Source: Gemmatimonadota bacterium
Lineage (GTDB): Bacteria; Gemmatimonadota; Gemmatimonadetes; Longimicrobiales; Gaopeijiaceae
Direction: 5' to 3'
Assembly: GCA_030827315.1 (NCBI GenBank)
Contig: JAURER010000015.1
Location: forward strand, 5,624 to 69,623
Length of the DNA: 64,000 nt
Part shown: one piece after another, positions 26,007 through 35,133 of the stretch
Layout of the letters: each line of letters begins with the position of its first letter
Position numbering within the stretch: position 1 is the stretch's first letter
Position numbers and translations under genes: made by a program
The notes under the pieces: generated by a model
Seen by the model: only the letters and a program-made list of their open reading frames with translations
Databases searched by the model: none
Told to the model about the DNA's origin: nothing

Positions 26007-28424
26007 ATGAGCCAACGTAAGACGAAGTGGGACAACGTTTTGATCGGTACGAACATGCGCAAGGTCGAGGGGCTCGCGAAGTCCACCGGCCGGGCCGTGT
26101 ACACCGACGACGTGACGCTGCCCGGGATGCTGCACGGAAAGATCCTGCGCAGCCCTCACCCGCATGCGCGGATCGTGGCGATCGACACGTCCCGGGCCCG
26201 GGCTCTGGACGGCGTCCACGGCGTCATTACGGGTCGGGACATGCCGACGACCTACGGCATCATTCCCTGGACGCCCGACGAGTACCCTCTGTGCGTCGAC
26301 CGCGTCCGGTACGTCGGCGACGGCGTAGCGGCCGTCGCCGCCGTCGACGAGGACACGGCGCTACGGGCGCTGGATCTCATCGACGTCGAGTACGAGGAGC
26401 TGCCGGCCTTCTTCGATCCGCACGACGCGCTCGCTGCCGACGGACGCACCCCGTACGTGCACGACGCCAGGAAGGAGGGGTGGAACGGGAATGTCACGAA
26501 GATGGTGCACCTCGAGTTCGGCGAGGTCGAACAGGGGCTCGACGACGCGGACGTCGTGGTGGAGGGCGAGTACTTCTTCGAGGGTACCACGCATGCGCCC
26601 ATCGAGCCGCACTGCGCCATCGGACAGTGGGACGGCGTCGGACGTCTGACGGTGTGGTCCGCCACACAGGTGCCGCACTACCTGCACCGTGAGCTGGCGA
26701 GGGTGCTCGAGATCGAGCAGGCCCAGGTGCGCGTCATCCAGCCGCTTGTGGGGGGCGCGTTCGGCGGCAAGAGCGAGCCGTTCGACCTCGAGTTCTGCGT
26801 GGGCAAGCTGGCCATGGTCACGGGACGGCCGGTCAAGATCCTCTATACGCGCGAGGAAGTCTTCTATGCGCACCGCGGTCGCCACCCGTTCCACATGCGT
26901 TACCGGACGGGCGCCACGCGCGACGGACTTCTGACCTCGGTCGACGCGAAGATCCTTCTCGACGGCGGCGCCTATGCATCGTTCGGCCTGGTGACGACGT
27001 ACTACTCCGGCCAGCTGCTCTGTGCGCCATACGCCATGCCGGCGTACCGCTTCGACTCCACGCGCGTCTACACGAACAAGCCGGCGTGCGGCCCGAAACG
27101 CGGACATGGCTCAGTGCAGCCCCGCTTCGCCTTCGAGGTCCAGATCGACAAGCTCGCCGAGCGCGTCGATCTCGACCCGATCGAATTCCGCCGACGCAAC
27201 TTCATCGGGGAGAACACGCGCACGGTCAACGAGCTCCGGATTACTTCGAACGGATTTCTCGAGTGCCTGGAATCGGTCGAGCGGGCGAGCGGGTGGAAGG
27301 AGAAGTTCCGGCGACTGCCGTTCGGTCGCGGTGTCGGTGTGGCGGGGTCGACGTACATCTCGGGCACGAACTACCCGATCTATCCGAACGAGATGCCGCA
27401 GTCCGCGGTGCAGATGCAGATCGACCGGAGCGGCCGGGTGGCGGTCTTCAGCGGTGCGAGCGAGATCGGCCAGGGGTGCGACTCGGTGGTCGCGTACATC
27501 GCCGCGGAGGAGCTGGGCGTACCGCTCGAATGGGTGCGGGTCCTGAGAGGCGATACGGATTTCACGCCGGTCGACCTCGGTGCGTACTCGAGCCGCGTGA
27601 CGTTCATGCTGGGCAATGCCGCCATCGACGCCGCGACCCGCCTGCGGAGACTGGTTCAGGACGCCGTCGGTAAGACCTGGGGGGTGCCGCCATCCGAGGT
27701 GCTGCTGGCGGGCGGCTTCGCCGTCTGGGCACCCGACACGGGTCGCCAGATGCCGATCGCCGAAGCGTTCAACCTCGCCGAGGCCCGTCACGGTACGCTC
27801 GGCGCCACCGGATGGTACAACACGCCGAAGGATGTCCACGGCGAGTACCGCGGAGGGACCATCGGGGCTTCTCCCGCCTACTCGTTCACGGCACACGTCG
27901 CAGAGGTCGAGGTCGACGTCGACACGGGCATCGTGGACGTGAAGAAAATCTGGGTCGCGCACGACTGTGGCAGGGCGCTCAATCCGGTGCTGGTGCAGGG
28001 TCAGATGGAGGGGTCCGCCTACATGGGTTTCGCGGAGGCCATCATGGAGGAGCAGGTCTTCAAGGATGCGGACCACGGGCGGGCCGGCCTCCACAACGCG
28101 CCGTCCCTCCTGGACTACCGGATCCCCACCAGCCTGGACACGCCGGAACTCGAGGCCCTGATCGTCGAGTCCATCGACCCCGAGGGCCCGTACGGAGCCA
28201 AGGAAGCGGGTGAGGGTCCGCTGCATCCGTCGATTCCGGCGATCGCGAACGCCATCTACGACGCGGTCGGCGTGCGCATGGATCGGCTCCCCTTCACGCC
28301 TCCCGCGGTATGGCGTGCCGTGGAGGCCGCCCGCGCCGGCGGTACGCTGCGAAAACCCGCCGCACCCGCGAGCGAGCGCGCGACCCCCGTCGCGACGGCC
28401 GGCCAGGCCGTGACGGCCGACTGA
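26007..28424 (+). CDS. molybdopterin-binding large subunit, xanthine dehydrogenase family
   Basis: VEGLAKSTGRAVYTDDV...LHGKILRSPHPHARI, GGAFGGK, GQGCDSVVAYIAAEELG and GAKEAGEGP are typical aldehyde oxidase/XDH a/b hammerhead and Mo-binding motifs. Confidence 0.9.
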   Translation: MSQRKTKWDNVLIGTNMRKVEGLAKSTGRAVYTDDVTLPGMLHGKILRSPHPHARIVAIDTSRARALDGVHGVITGRDMPTTYGIIPWTPDEYPLCVDRVRYVGDGVAAVAAVDEDTALRALDLIDVEYEELPAFFDPHDALAADGRTPYVHDARKEGWNGNVTKMVHLEFGEVEQGLDDADVVVEGEYFFEGTTHAPIEPHCAIGQWDGVGRLTVWSATQVPHYLHRELARVLEIEQAQVRVIQPLVGGAFGGKSEPFDLEFCVGKLAMVTGRPVKILYTREEVFYAHRGRHPFHMRYRTGATRDGLLTSVDAKILLDGGAYASFGLVTTYYSGQLLCAPYAMPAYRFDSTRVYTNKPACGPKRGHGSVQPRFAFEVQIDKLAERVDLDPIEFRRRNFIGENTRTVNELRITSNGFLECLESVERASGWKEKFRRLPFGRGVGVAGSTYISGTNYPIYPNEMPQSAVQMQIDRSGRVAVFSGASEIGQGCDSVVAYIAAEELGVPLEWVRVLRGDTDFTPVDLGAYSSRVTFMLGNAAIDAATRLRRLVQDAVGKTWGVPPSEVLLAGGFAVWAPDTGRQMPIAEAFNLAEARHGTLGATGWYNTPKDVHGEYRGGTIGASPAYSFTAHVAEVEVDVDTGIVDVKKIWVAHDCGRALNPVLVQGQMEGSAYMGFAEAIMEEQVFKDADHGRAGLHNAPSLLDYRIPTSLDTPELEALIVESIDPEGPYGAKEAGEGPLHPSIPAIANAIYDAVGVRMDRLPFTPPAVWRAVEAARAGGTLRKPAAPASERATPVATAGQAVTAD

Positions 28425-29423
28425 GTGATGAACACGGCTCACGTCTTCAGACGCTATCGGGGTGCGCTGGGCCCCGTCGGTGTGATCCTTCTCTTTCTGG
28501 CGGGGATGCGCTGGTCTCCATTCGAGCCGCACCCGCCACCCGTCGGGCCGAGCGGCGCCCCGCTCGGCTCCGCCTCGTGGGAGGATGACGACTGGAGGGC
28601 CTTCGAGACCACCGTGCGCCTCGCGGCTGCCCAGGGGGTCGACACGCTCCCCATGGGCCTGGCCATGGCCGCGGTCGGTCGCTCGCTGGTAGGCACCGCG
28701 TACGTGCCCGGGACCCTGGAGGTCGAGGGTCCGGAGCGACTCGTGATCGACTTTCTCGGCCTCGACTGCGTCACCTTCGTCGAGAACGTCTGGGCCCTGG
28801 CGGCCGTCGTGAAGGGAGGCGTGGCCGAGCGCCTAGGCGACCGCGCGACCGTGGAAGCCGAGTACGAGCGCATGCTGCGGACGCTGCGGTACCGCAACGC
28901 GTTCATCGACGGGTACCCGAGCCGGCTGCACTACTTCTCCGACTGGATCGCCGACGGAGAGCGGAAGCTGGTGGTGAAAGACCTCACGAGGGAGCTCGGT
29001 GGAATTCCGGACCCGGAGCCCGTGGACTTCATGTCGAGCCATCCGGATGCCTATGGGCAGCTCGCGGAACCGGGGGTTCTCGACGCCATCCGGGAGATCG
29101 AGGCGCGACTCAGCGCACGAGGACGCTACTACGTGCCGGAAGTCGGCATCGCCGCGGTGGCCGACCGGATCCGTGACGGCGACATCATCGCCGCCACGTC
29201 GACCGTCGAGGGACTCGACGTGGCGCATACGGGCCTCGCGCTTTGGGTCGACGGGTCTCTCAGGCTCATGCACGCGCCGCTGGTCGGGGAAGCCGTGCAG
29301 ATCAGTGACGAGACTCTGGCGGAACGGATCCTGCGGCTCGAGGGCCAGGACGGCATCATCGTCGCGCGCCCCAGCGAGCCGCTCATCGCGCGCTCACGCG
29401 TCAACGAGCAAGGAACGAGCTGA
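28425..29423 (+). CDS. DUF1460-like (amidase-like) exported/membrane-anchored protein
   Basis: N-terminal hydrophobic helix GPVGVILLFLAGM. LGLDCVTFVENVWAL, RLHYFSDWIADGE and HTGLALWVDG...LMHAP match my recollection of the DUF1460 family. Starts directly after the large-subunit stop. Confidence 0.65.
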   Translation: MMNTAHVFRRYRGALGPVGVILLFLAGMRWSPFEPHPPPVGPSGAPLGSASWEDDDWRAFETTVRLAAAQGVDTLPMGLAMAAVGRSLVGTAYVPGTLEVEGPERLVIDFLGLDCVTFVENVWALAAVVKGGVAERLGDRATVEAEYERMLRTLRYRNAFIDGYPSRLHYFSDWIADGERKLVVKDLTRELGGIPDPEPVDFMSSHPDAYGQLAEPGVLDAIREIEARLSARGRYYVPEVGIAAVADRIRDGDIIAATSTVEGLDVAHTGLALWVDGSLRLMHAPLVGEAVQISDETLAERILRLEGQDGIIVARPSEPLIARSRVNEQGTS

Positions 29424-29424
29424 C

Positions 29425-30411
29425 ATGCTGCGTCTCCCGCCCTACCGGTATCATCGTCCCACCCGGGTCGAGGACGCGATCTCGCTCATGGGCGAGCATG
29501 CCGGTGACGCCATGTACATCGCCGGAGGCACCGATCTCGTGCCGAACATGAAGCACCGGCTCTTCGAGCCGGGGCACCTCGTTGCTCTCAAGGGGATCGG
29601 TGAGCTGAAAGGCATTCGCGAGCAGGACGGTGTGCTGCGGGTCGGAGCGGCCGAGACGCTCGCATCGGTCGCGCTCGACGCGGCCGTTCGCGAGAGATTT
29701 CCGGCGCTCGCCGAGGCCGCCGCCCACGTGGCCGGGCCCCAGCTCCGCAATGCGGGTACCATCGGAGGCAACGTGTGCCTCGACACCCGGTGCACCTATT
29801 ACAACCAGACGGCGTTCTGGAGGCAGGCGCTCGGGTACTGCCTGAAGAAGGACGGCGACGTCTGCCATGTCACGAAGGTCGGCCGGAAGTGTGTGGCCGC
29901 CCACTCCGCCGATACCCCGCCGGTGCTCATGACGCTGGACGCGACCGCCGTCCTCGTGGGCCCGGACGGCACCAGGGAGGTCCCCGTGCGCGACTTCTTC
30001 GTCGCGGACGGCATCGCCAATACGCGGCGCGATCCGGGCGAGATTCTCACCGAGCTGCTCATCCCGCTCGAGTCGGCCAGCCGCAGGCAGGCGTATGCCA
30101 AGCTGAGGCATCGCCGCTCCATCGACTTCCCGCTTCTCACCGTCGCGGTCGCGGCCGACTGCGAGCCGGACGGTACGGTGCGGTCGATCGAGGGGGTGGT
30201 GACGTCGCTCGGCTCCCGCCCCCGCCTGCTGACGGGATGGGACGACGCTGCGGTCGGCCGCATTCTCGACGACGAGCTGATCGAGGAGCTCGCCGCCCGG
30301 GCACACCGGCAGTGTCATCCGCTGGAGAACATCATCGTCGATCCGGAGTGGCGCAGGGCGATGGTGCCGGTCTACGTGCGCAGGGCACTCGAGGGAGTTC
30401 GGGCCGCTTGA
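29425..30411 (+). CDS. FAD-binding medium subunit (CoxM/XdhB-like)
   Basis: MLRLPPYRYHRPTRVEDAISL...IAGGTDLVPNMK and NAGTIGGNV are FAD_binding_5 motifs. Confidence 0.88.
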   Translation: MLRLPPYRYHRPTRVEDAISLMGEHAGDAMYIAGGTDLVPNMKHRLFEPGHLVALKGIGELKGIREQDGVLRVGAAETLASVALDAAVRERFPALAEAAAHVAGPQLRNAGTIGGNVCLDTRCTYYNQTAFWRQALGYCLKKDGDVCHVTKVGRKCVAAHSADTPPVLMTLDATAVLVGPDGTREVPVRDFFVADGIANTRRDPGEILTELLIPLESASRRQAYAKLRHRRSIDFPLLTVAVAADCEPDGTVRSIEGVVTSLGSRPRLLTGWDDAAVGRILDDELIEELAARAHRQCHPLENIIVDPEWRRAMVPVYVRRALEGVRAA

Positions 30412-31259
30412 CGGTGGCGGTGGGTCTCGGGGTGGCCCTCGCGGTCGCCCTGGTGCTGTTCGCACTCGATCGGCTCGCCGAGCGGGTGGCCCGGCCCGCC
30501 TACCGGCCGTTCGAGCGGACCGTGCCGGAGCTGGGCATTCCCCACGAGGACCTCCGGATTCCGTCGGGTGACCACGAGCTCGCCGCCTGGCTGCTCGAGC
30601 CCCGACACGCCCAGCCTTCCAAACCCCTCCTGATGGTCGCGCACGGCTGGGGCGCCAACTATTCCACGGTTCTGCGCCTGGCCGAGCCGCTCGCCAAATC
30701 CGGTCACGACGTTCTGCTCTTCGACGTGCGGGGCCACGGTCGCAGCGAACCGGTGCCGTACGTGACCATCCGGCAGTTTCGTGACGACGTGGCGGCCTCG
30801 GCCCGCTGGGCCGCGCGGCGCTTTCCGGATCGCCAGCTCGTGCTCGTGGGCCACTCGATGGGCGGAGCCGCCGGAGTTCTCGCGGCAGCCGACGGCTCGC
30901 CGATCGATGGTCTGGTGCTGATCGCGTCGCCGTCCGATGTCCTGCGCGTCACGGCAGAGTTTCTGACGGACCAGGGGCGTCCCGGCAATTTCCTCGTCGC
31001 AATCCTGACCCCGTTCTTCTGGCGGCGCGTAGGCAGCACGTTCCGCGAGCTGACCCCGAGCCGGCGCATCGGGGAGGTCGACATACCGCTGCTCATCATC
31101 CAGCCCGAACTGGATCGCCGCGTCGATCGTGCACATGCGGAGCGGCTCAGCGCCGCGGCCGGCATACCGTACCATCTGGTGAAAGGGTGCGAGCACACCG
31201 ACGTGCTCGCCTCTCCGGAGACGCTCCGGCTGATCGAGGATTTCCTCGAAGAGGTCTGA
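30408..31259 (+). CDS. alpha/beta hydrolase with N-terminal membrane anchor
   Basis: TTG/GTG start overlapping the coxM-like stop. HGWGAN, DVRGHGRSE, nucleophile elbow GHSMGG and a C-terminal CEHTD. Confidence 0.8.
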   Translation: MTVAVGLGVALAVALVLFALDRLAERVARPAYRPFERTVPELGIPHEDLRIPSGDHELAAWLLEPRHAQPSKPLLMVAHGWGANYSTVLRLAEPLAKSGHDVLLFDVRGHGRSEPVPYVTIRQFRDDVAASARWAARRFPDRQLVLVGHSMGGAAGVLAAADGSPIDGLVLIASPSDVLRVTAEFLTDQGRPGNFLVAILTPFFWRRVGSTFRELTPSRRIGEVDIPLLIIQPELDRRVDRAHAERLSAAAGIPYHLVKGCEHTDVLASPETLRLIEDFLEEV

Positions 31260-31271
31260 CGCGTTCTCGCC

Positions 31272-31748
31272 TCAGGCGGAACCGAGTGGGTCGGGGCATC
31301 CGTCGCGGCGTCGGGTGTCGGAAATCTGGGTGACCTTCCAGCCCTCCGCGTCGCGGAGCAACTCGATGGAGTTGATGCCACAGTGGGAGATCGCACCGTC
31401 AAGGTAGAAGGTGTAGGGTGCCCAGACGGAAGCCATGGTGCCGTCCACGCGCACCTCCACGTCGTAGATCTGTTCGTCCCAGCTCCCATCCGAAGCGGCG
31501 ATCCCCGAAACCCATCCGTCGACGCTCTGGGTCCTGATGGCGGCGGCCCCCTGCCGGGTGTCGAGGATCGCGAACCGGACCTCGAGGGCCAGCGTACTGC
31601 GAACCATCGTCGAATCGGCCGTTCGCATTCCCTCGAACATCCGCTCCACGGCGGCGAGTACCGAAGCTTCGTCCTGCCCGGCGATGCCGGGGGCCGGGAT
31701 CGCCAGTGCCAGCGCCGTGGCGAATGCCCCCCTCGTCATCCTCTTCAT
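31272..31748 (-). CDS. exported NTF2/SnoaL-like (DUF4440/lumazine-binding-like) protein
   Basis: Signal peptide MKRMTRGAFATALALAIPAPGIAG. Size and pattern (VERMFEGMRTAD...WDEQIYDVEVRVDG.MASVWAPYTFY) fit the NTF2-like fold. Confidence 0.6.
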   Translation of the reverse strand: MKRMTRGAFATALALAIPAPGIAGQDEASVLAAVERMFEGMRTADSTMVRSTLALEVRFAILDTRQGAAAIRTQSVDGWVSGIAASDGSWDEQIYDVEVRVDGTMASVWAPYTFYLDGAISHCGINSIELLRDAEGWKVTQISDTRRRDGCPDPLGSA

Positions 31749-31865
31749 GTCCGCCTCCGAGGTCTCTGGTGCTCGTCTCGTGCAGCGACGCTCGCTCGTC
31801 GCACGGGCGGGCGTCAAGCGCCCAGGCGTGCGGACCGCTGGATGCGACCGCGGGTACGCCGGACC

Positions 31866-32357
31866 ATGAGCCAGCCAGCCAGTCTGCCCAAGAAGCCGGA
31901 ATCGTCCGTCTCCGTCGTCTCCGAGCTGATGATGCCGCATCAGGTCAACAACCTCGGCCACGTCTTCGGAGGCGAGCTCCTCTCGATGGTGGACCGGGCT
32001 GCCGCGGTTACGGCGATGCGCCACGCGGGTCGTCCGTCGGTCACCGTATCCATCGACCGGGTCGACTTCGTAGAGCCGATCTTCGCCGGCGAGCTCGTGA
32101 CGTGCACGGCGCGGATCAATTTCGTGGGACGCACATCCATGGAGGTCGGCGTGCGCGTCGAAGCCGAGAACCTCCTCACGGGCAGGAGGCGGCACACGAA
32201 CACCTGTCTCCTGACCTTCGTGGCGATCGACGAGAACCATCGCCCCTGCCCGGTTCCGCAGCTCGACCTTTCGGACCCGGACGACGAGCGGCGGGCACGC
32301 GAAGGCCGCCGTCGCCGCGAGGTACGGGAGCAGTTAGACCGGGAGTTGCAGCAGTAG
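31866..32357 (+). CDS. acyl-CoA thioesterase (hotdog fold, YciA/Acot-like)
   Basis: LMMPHQVNNLGHVFGGELLSMVD...SVTVSIDRVDF..PI..GELV...A.INFVGRTSMEV is a hallmark motif. Confidence 0.85.
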   Translation: MSQPASLPKKPESSVSVVSELMMPHQVNNLGHVFGGELLSMVDRAAAVTAMRHAGRPSVTVSIDRVDFVEPIFAGELVTCTARINFVGRTSMEVGVRVEAENLLTGRRRHTNTCLLTFVAIDENHRPCPVPQLDLSDPDDERRAREGRRRREVREQLDRELQQ

Positions 32358-32477
32358 GAAGGCGACCAGGGCACCGGAATCGGTGCGAATTCGGGGAACC
32401 GCCCCGTACCGGGCTGACAATCGACGGTCCACAAGAGCATTTCGGGCCCGTCCGAACCGGCCTCAAGGTTTCAAACA

Positions 32478-33617
32478 ATGCGCAACGATTGCCCCCCGAA
32501 GCCCCTCGCGGTCGCAGCGGCTCTGTCGCTTTTGCTCGTGGGTTGCCAGCAGTTCGACCAGCAACTCCCGTTCGAACTCGCGCCCGGCGAAGGTGCCACG
32601 TCGCAGATCGGTCTGGCAGGCGGCACCGTCAGCCTGCCCCCGTCCTTCTCCCTCGAGATTCCGGCCAACGCGCTGCCGTCCCCGACGACCGTGGCCGTGG
32701 GCCGGCTGATCATGCAGCCGTTCCCGGGCGACGCCGGCCTTCCGGTGCCCGGGTCGGCGTACGAGGTCGGACCCGTTGGCACGACGCTGTCGAGGTCGGC
32801 GGTGGTCCGGATCAGGGTGGATCCGGCACTCATCGAGGCCGGAACCGAGGCACGCCTGTCCCTGGCCGTCCTGGGCGACGACAGTGTGGTGACGACGTAC
32901 AGGAGCACGCTGGATCTCACGAACGGGATGCTCGTGGCGGAGGTGGACGAGCTCGGCCCCATGGCCGTCGTCGTCCAGCTCGACGCGATCGCGCTGCTCG
33001 CCGGTGTTCCGGATTCTCTGCTTGGCGGCTTCTTTCCGCTGCCTCCGGCACCCGTGCCGTCGCCGGCGGGACCCGCGACGGCGCCCAGCCACGGTGGCGT
33101 GCTCTTCACGGGCGCGTGCGCGCCACGCCAACGTCAGTGCTTCTCTTCGGGCATGATCCGGCTCTGGGCCGATGACGTGGTCACGAAGCACGTGGGTGAG
33201 GATCTCTTCCTCGCCGACGGACGGGTCGAAGCCTCGCTCGAATTCTTCGACTTCGTCGGCGGTGTGCCGCAGGCCGTCGTGGGCGAGGTGAAACTCGCGG
33301 GTGACCTCAGGGTGAAATTAAAGCGCACGATCGCGAGGTACGACCTTGCGGAGGCGTCCACCACGGGTGCCACCACCGACCCCTTGCCTACGACCGTACG
33401 GTTCGAATCCGGGAAGGTGATGGTCTTCGGACTCACGACGTCGGTCTCGGGCCCGATCGTCGAATCCAACTACGACTATGCCGCGAACTACGGCTTCGAG
33501 GGAATCGGGACGAGCGAGATGCTGGTCCTGCGCATCGAGACCGGGCTCGAGTTCGAGTTGGCGGACAGGACCTACGAGCGGGGAATGATCGTCACCCATC
33601 TGAGGCTGCGCCGATGA
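32478..33617 (+). CDS. hypothetical lipoprotein (379 aa)
   Basis: Lipobox LSLLLVGC. Strong GC3. No family recognised. The N-terminal strand pair GGTVSLPPSFSLEIPANALPSPTTVAV is ZU5-like. TGA overlaps the next ATG. Confidence 0.6.
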   Translation: MRNDCPPKPLAVAAALSLLLVGCQQFDQQLPFELAPGEGATSQIGLAGGTVSLPPSFSLEIPANALPSPTTVAVGRLIMQPFPGDAGLPVPGSAYEVGPVGTTLSRSAVVRIRVDPALIEAGTEARLSLAVLGDDSVVTTYRSTLDLTNGMLVAEVDELGPMAVVVQLDAIALLAGVPDSLLGGFFPLPPAPVPSPAGPATAPSHGGVLFTGACAPRQRQCFSSGMIRLWADDVVTKHVGEDLFLADGRVEASLEFFDFVGGVPQAVVGEVKLAGDLRVKLKRTIARYDLAEASTTGATTDPLPTTVRFESGKVMVFGLTTSVSGPIVESNYDYAANYGFEGIGTSEMLVLRIETGLEFELADRTYERGMIVTHLRLRR

Positions 33618-34963
33618 GGAACGCCGCCGCTTTGCTCGCCCTCGCAGGACTGCTCGTGACCGCTCCTGTCGCTGGCCAGATGGCCGCGGGAACGCGCTCG
33701 GTGGCCATGGGCGGCGGCGGTATGGTCTTCGCCACCGGCGTGGATGCGGTCGACTGGAACCCGGCCAACCTGGGCTGGAGCCGGGGCTGGAACATCTCTC
33801 TTTTCGAGGTCGGGTTCGCGGGTCTCGGCGACGGCCTGACCGTCGACGAGCTTCGGACGATCCTGGGTGACGACCAGCCGGGGCTCAACGTCTCGTCGGT
33901 AGTTGCCGGCCTGCCCGAGGACGGGTTCCGCTTCACGGGGGTGTTCGAGGGCTTCGCGACCGCGTTCGTTGCCGAGCTTTTCGACGTGCCCCAGCCTGGC
34001 GCGCCGCTGCCCACGCTCGGTATTGCGGTGGGCCCCGTCGCGTTCCGGATTCGAAGCCGGGTGTTCAGTGACGTCGTGCTGAGCAAGCCGCTCGCGGACC
34101 TCGTGGGCAACGGCTTCGAGCAGGAGCGACTCCTCGACTATGCGGTCGGGAACACCGCCTGGCGGGCCGTCTCGCTGACGGAGCACACCGTCGCGTACGG
34201 CACGCAGTTCGGCGGACTCCTCTCCGTCGGGGTCGCGGGCCGATACGTGAAGGGGCACAAGCTACTGGACGGACGCCTCTTCGAGCCGCAGATCAACATA
34301 ACTTCTGAAACGCTGACGATTCAGTCGGTCTCGGTCGAGTCCTCCGGTGGGTCCGGTTACGGTCTCGACCTGGGGCTGTCGTTCGACCTGCCCCTCGGCT
34401 TCCGCGCATCCGCGTCGGGGACCAACGTCTTCCAGAGGTTGACGTGGGACGAGAGCCTCACGGCGCACATCGCGACCTTCACCGACGCGGACTTCGACCG
34501 GGAGATCAATCCCGATCTCCCCTTCCACGATTTCTTCAACCGGCACAGTGCCGAGCCCATCGATCCGAACGGGGTGAGTCTGGCGGTCTTCGTCGCGGGC
34601 CAGTCGCTGTTCGAGCAGTCGTATTTTCCCCAGATCTACCGTGGCGGCGTCGGCTGGCAGGCCGGCGGGACCACCCTCGAGGCCACTGCCGTGAAGGTGT
34701 CGCCGAGAGGCCGCTTCACCTCTCCTTGGGATGAGCGCGTCTCGTTGGGGTTCGAGCAGAAGATTCCTCTTCTGACGCTCCGAGGTGGGTACGGCATGGC
34801 CAAGGATGGTCTCTCCACCTATTCGGCGGGCCTTGGCCTCCGGTTCGGCCCCGTCCACCTGGAAGTCAGCGGCGGAAAGCTCAACGGCGGGCTCCTGGAC
34901 TGGGGCTCGTGGGAAGGCGCCTACCTGAGCACTGGACTCCAGATCAGGGGAGGGGGCCTGTGA
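33614..34963 (+). CDS. outer-membrane beta-barrel protein, PorV/FadL/UPF0164-like
   Basis: Signal peptide ALAGLLVTAPVAGQ. N-terminal motif RSVAMGGGGMVFATGVDAVDWNPANLG. Alternating beta-strand pattern throughout (YGLDLGLSFDL, LSVGVAGRYV, YSAGLGLRF). Confidence 0.6.
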   Translation: MRNAAALLALAGLLVTAPVAGQMAAGTRSVAMGGGGMVFATGVDAVDWNPANLGWSRGWNISLFEVGFAGLGDGLTVDELRTILGDDQPGLNVSSVVAGLPEDGFRFTGVFEGFATAFVAELFDVPQPGAPLPTLGIAVGPVAFRIRSRVFSDVVLSKPLADLVGNGFEQERLLDYAVGNTAWRAVSLTEHTVAYGTQFGGLLSVGVAGRYVKGHKLLDGRLFEPQINITSETLTIQSVSVESSGGSGYGLDLGLSFDLPLGFRASASGTNVFQRLTWDESLTAHIATFTDADFDREINPDLPFHDFFNRHSAEPIDPNGVSLAVFVAGQSLFEQSYFPQIYRGGVGWQAGGTTLEATAVKVSPRGRFTSPWDERVSLGFEQKIPLLTLRGGYGMAKDGLSTYSAGLGLRFGPVHLEVSGGKLNGGLLDWGSWEGAYLSTGLQIRGGGL

Positions 34964-35121
34964 GCCGCGTGACCCGCTCCTTCCCGATCGTGACAGCCGC
35001 GGCGCTCGCCGTCGGCTGCGTGGACGCGGTCGGACCCGTCGCCTCGAACGGCGTGCCCATCGAATTCTCTTTCGTGAGCCCTCAGGGAGCCTCGGAGGCG
35101 GAGACCGCGGCGATCGCGTAA
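34960..35121 (+). CDS. small lipoprotein (53 aa), or the N-terminal part of an interrupted gene
   Basis: GTG overlaps the upstream TGA (GTGA). Lipobox AALAVGC. Ends at a TAA that is in frame with the next ORF. Confidence 0.4.
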   Translation: MSRVTRSFPIVTAAALAVGCVDAVGPVASNGVPIEFSFVSPQGASEAETAAIA

Positions 35122-35133
35122 GCCTTCGGAGAC

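Noticed and set aside
27111-28532. 473-aa minus-strand ORF
   Set aside because: Antisense to the Mo-subunit gene. Artefact of GC-rich codon symmetry.
33400-33410. GGTTCGAATCC, identical to the tRNA T-loop consensus
   Set aside because: The flanks cannot form a T-stem or acceptor stem. The site lies in a coherent, GC3-biased CDS (TVRFESGK).
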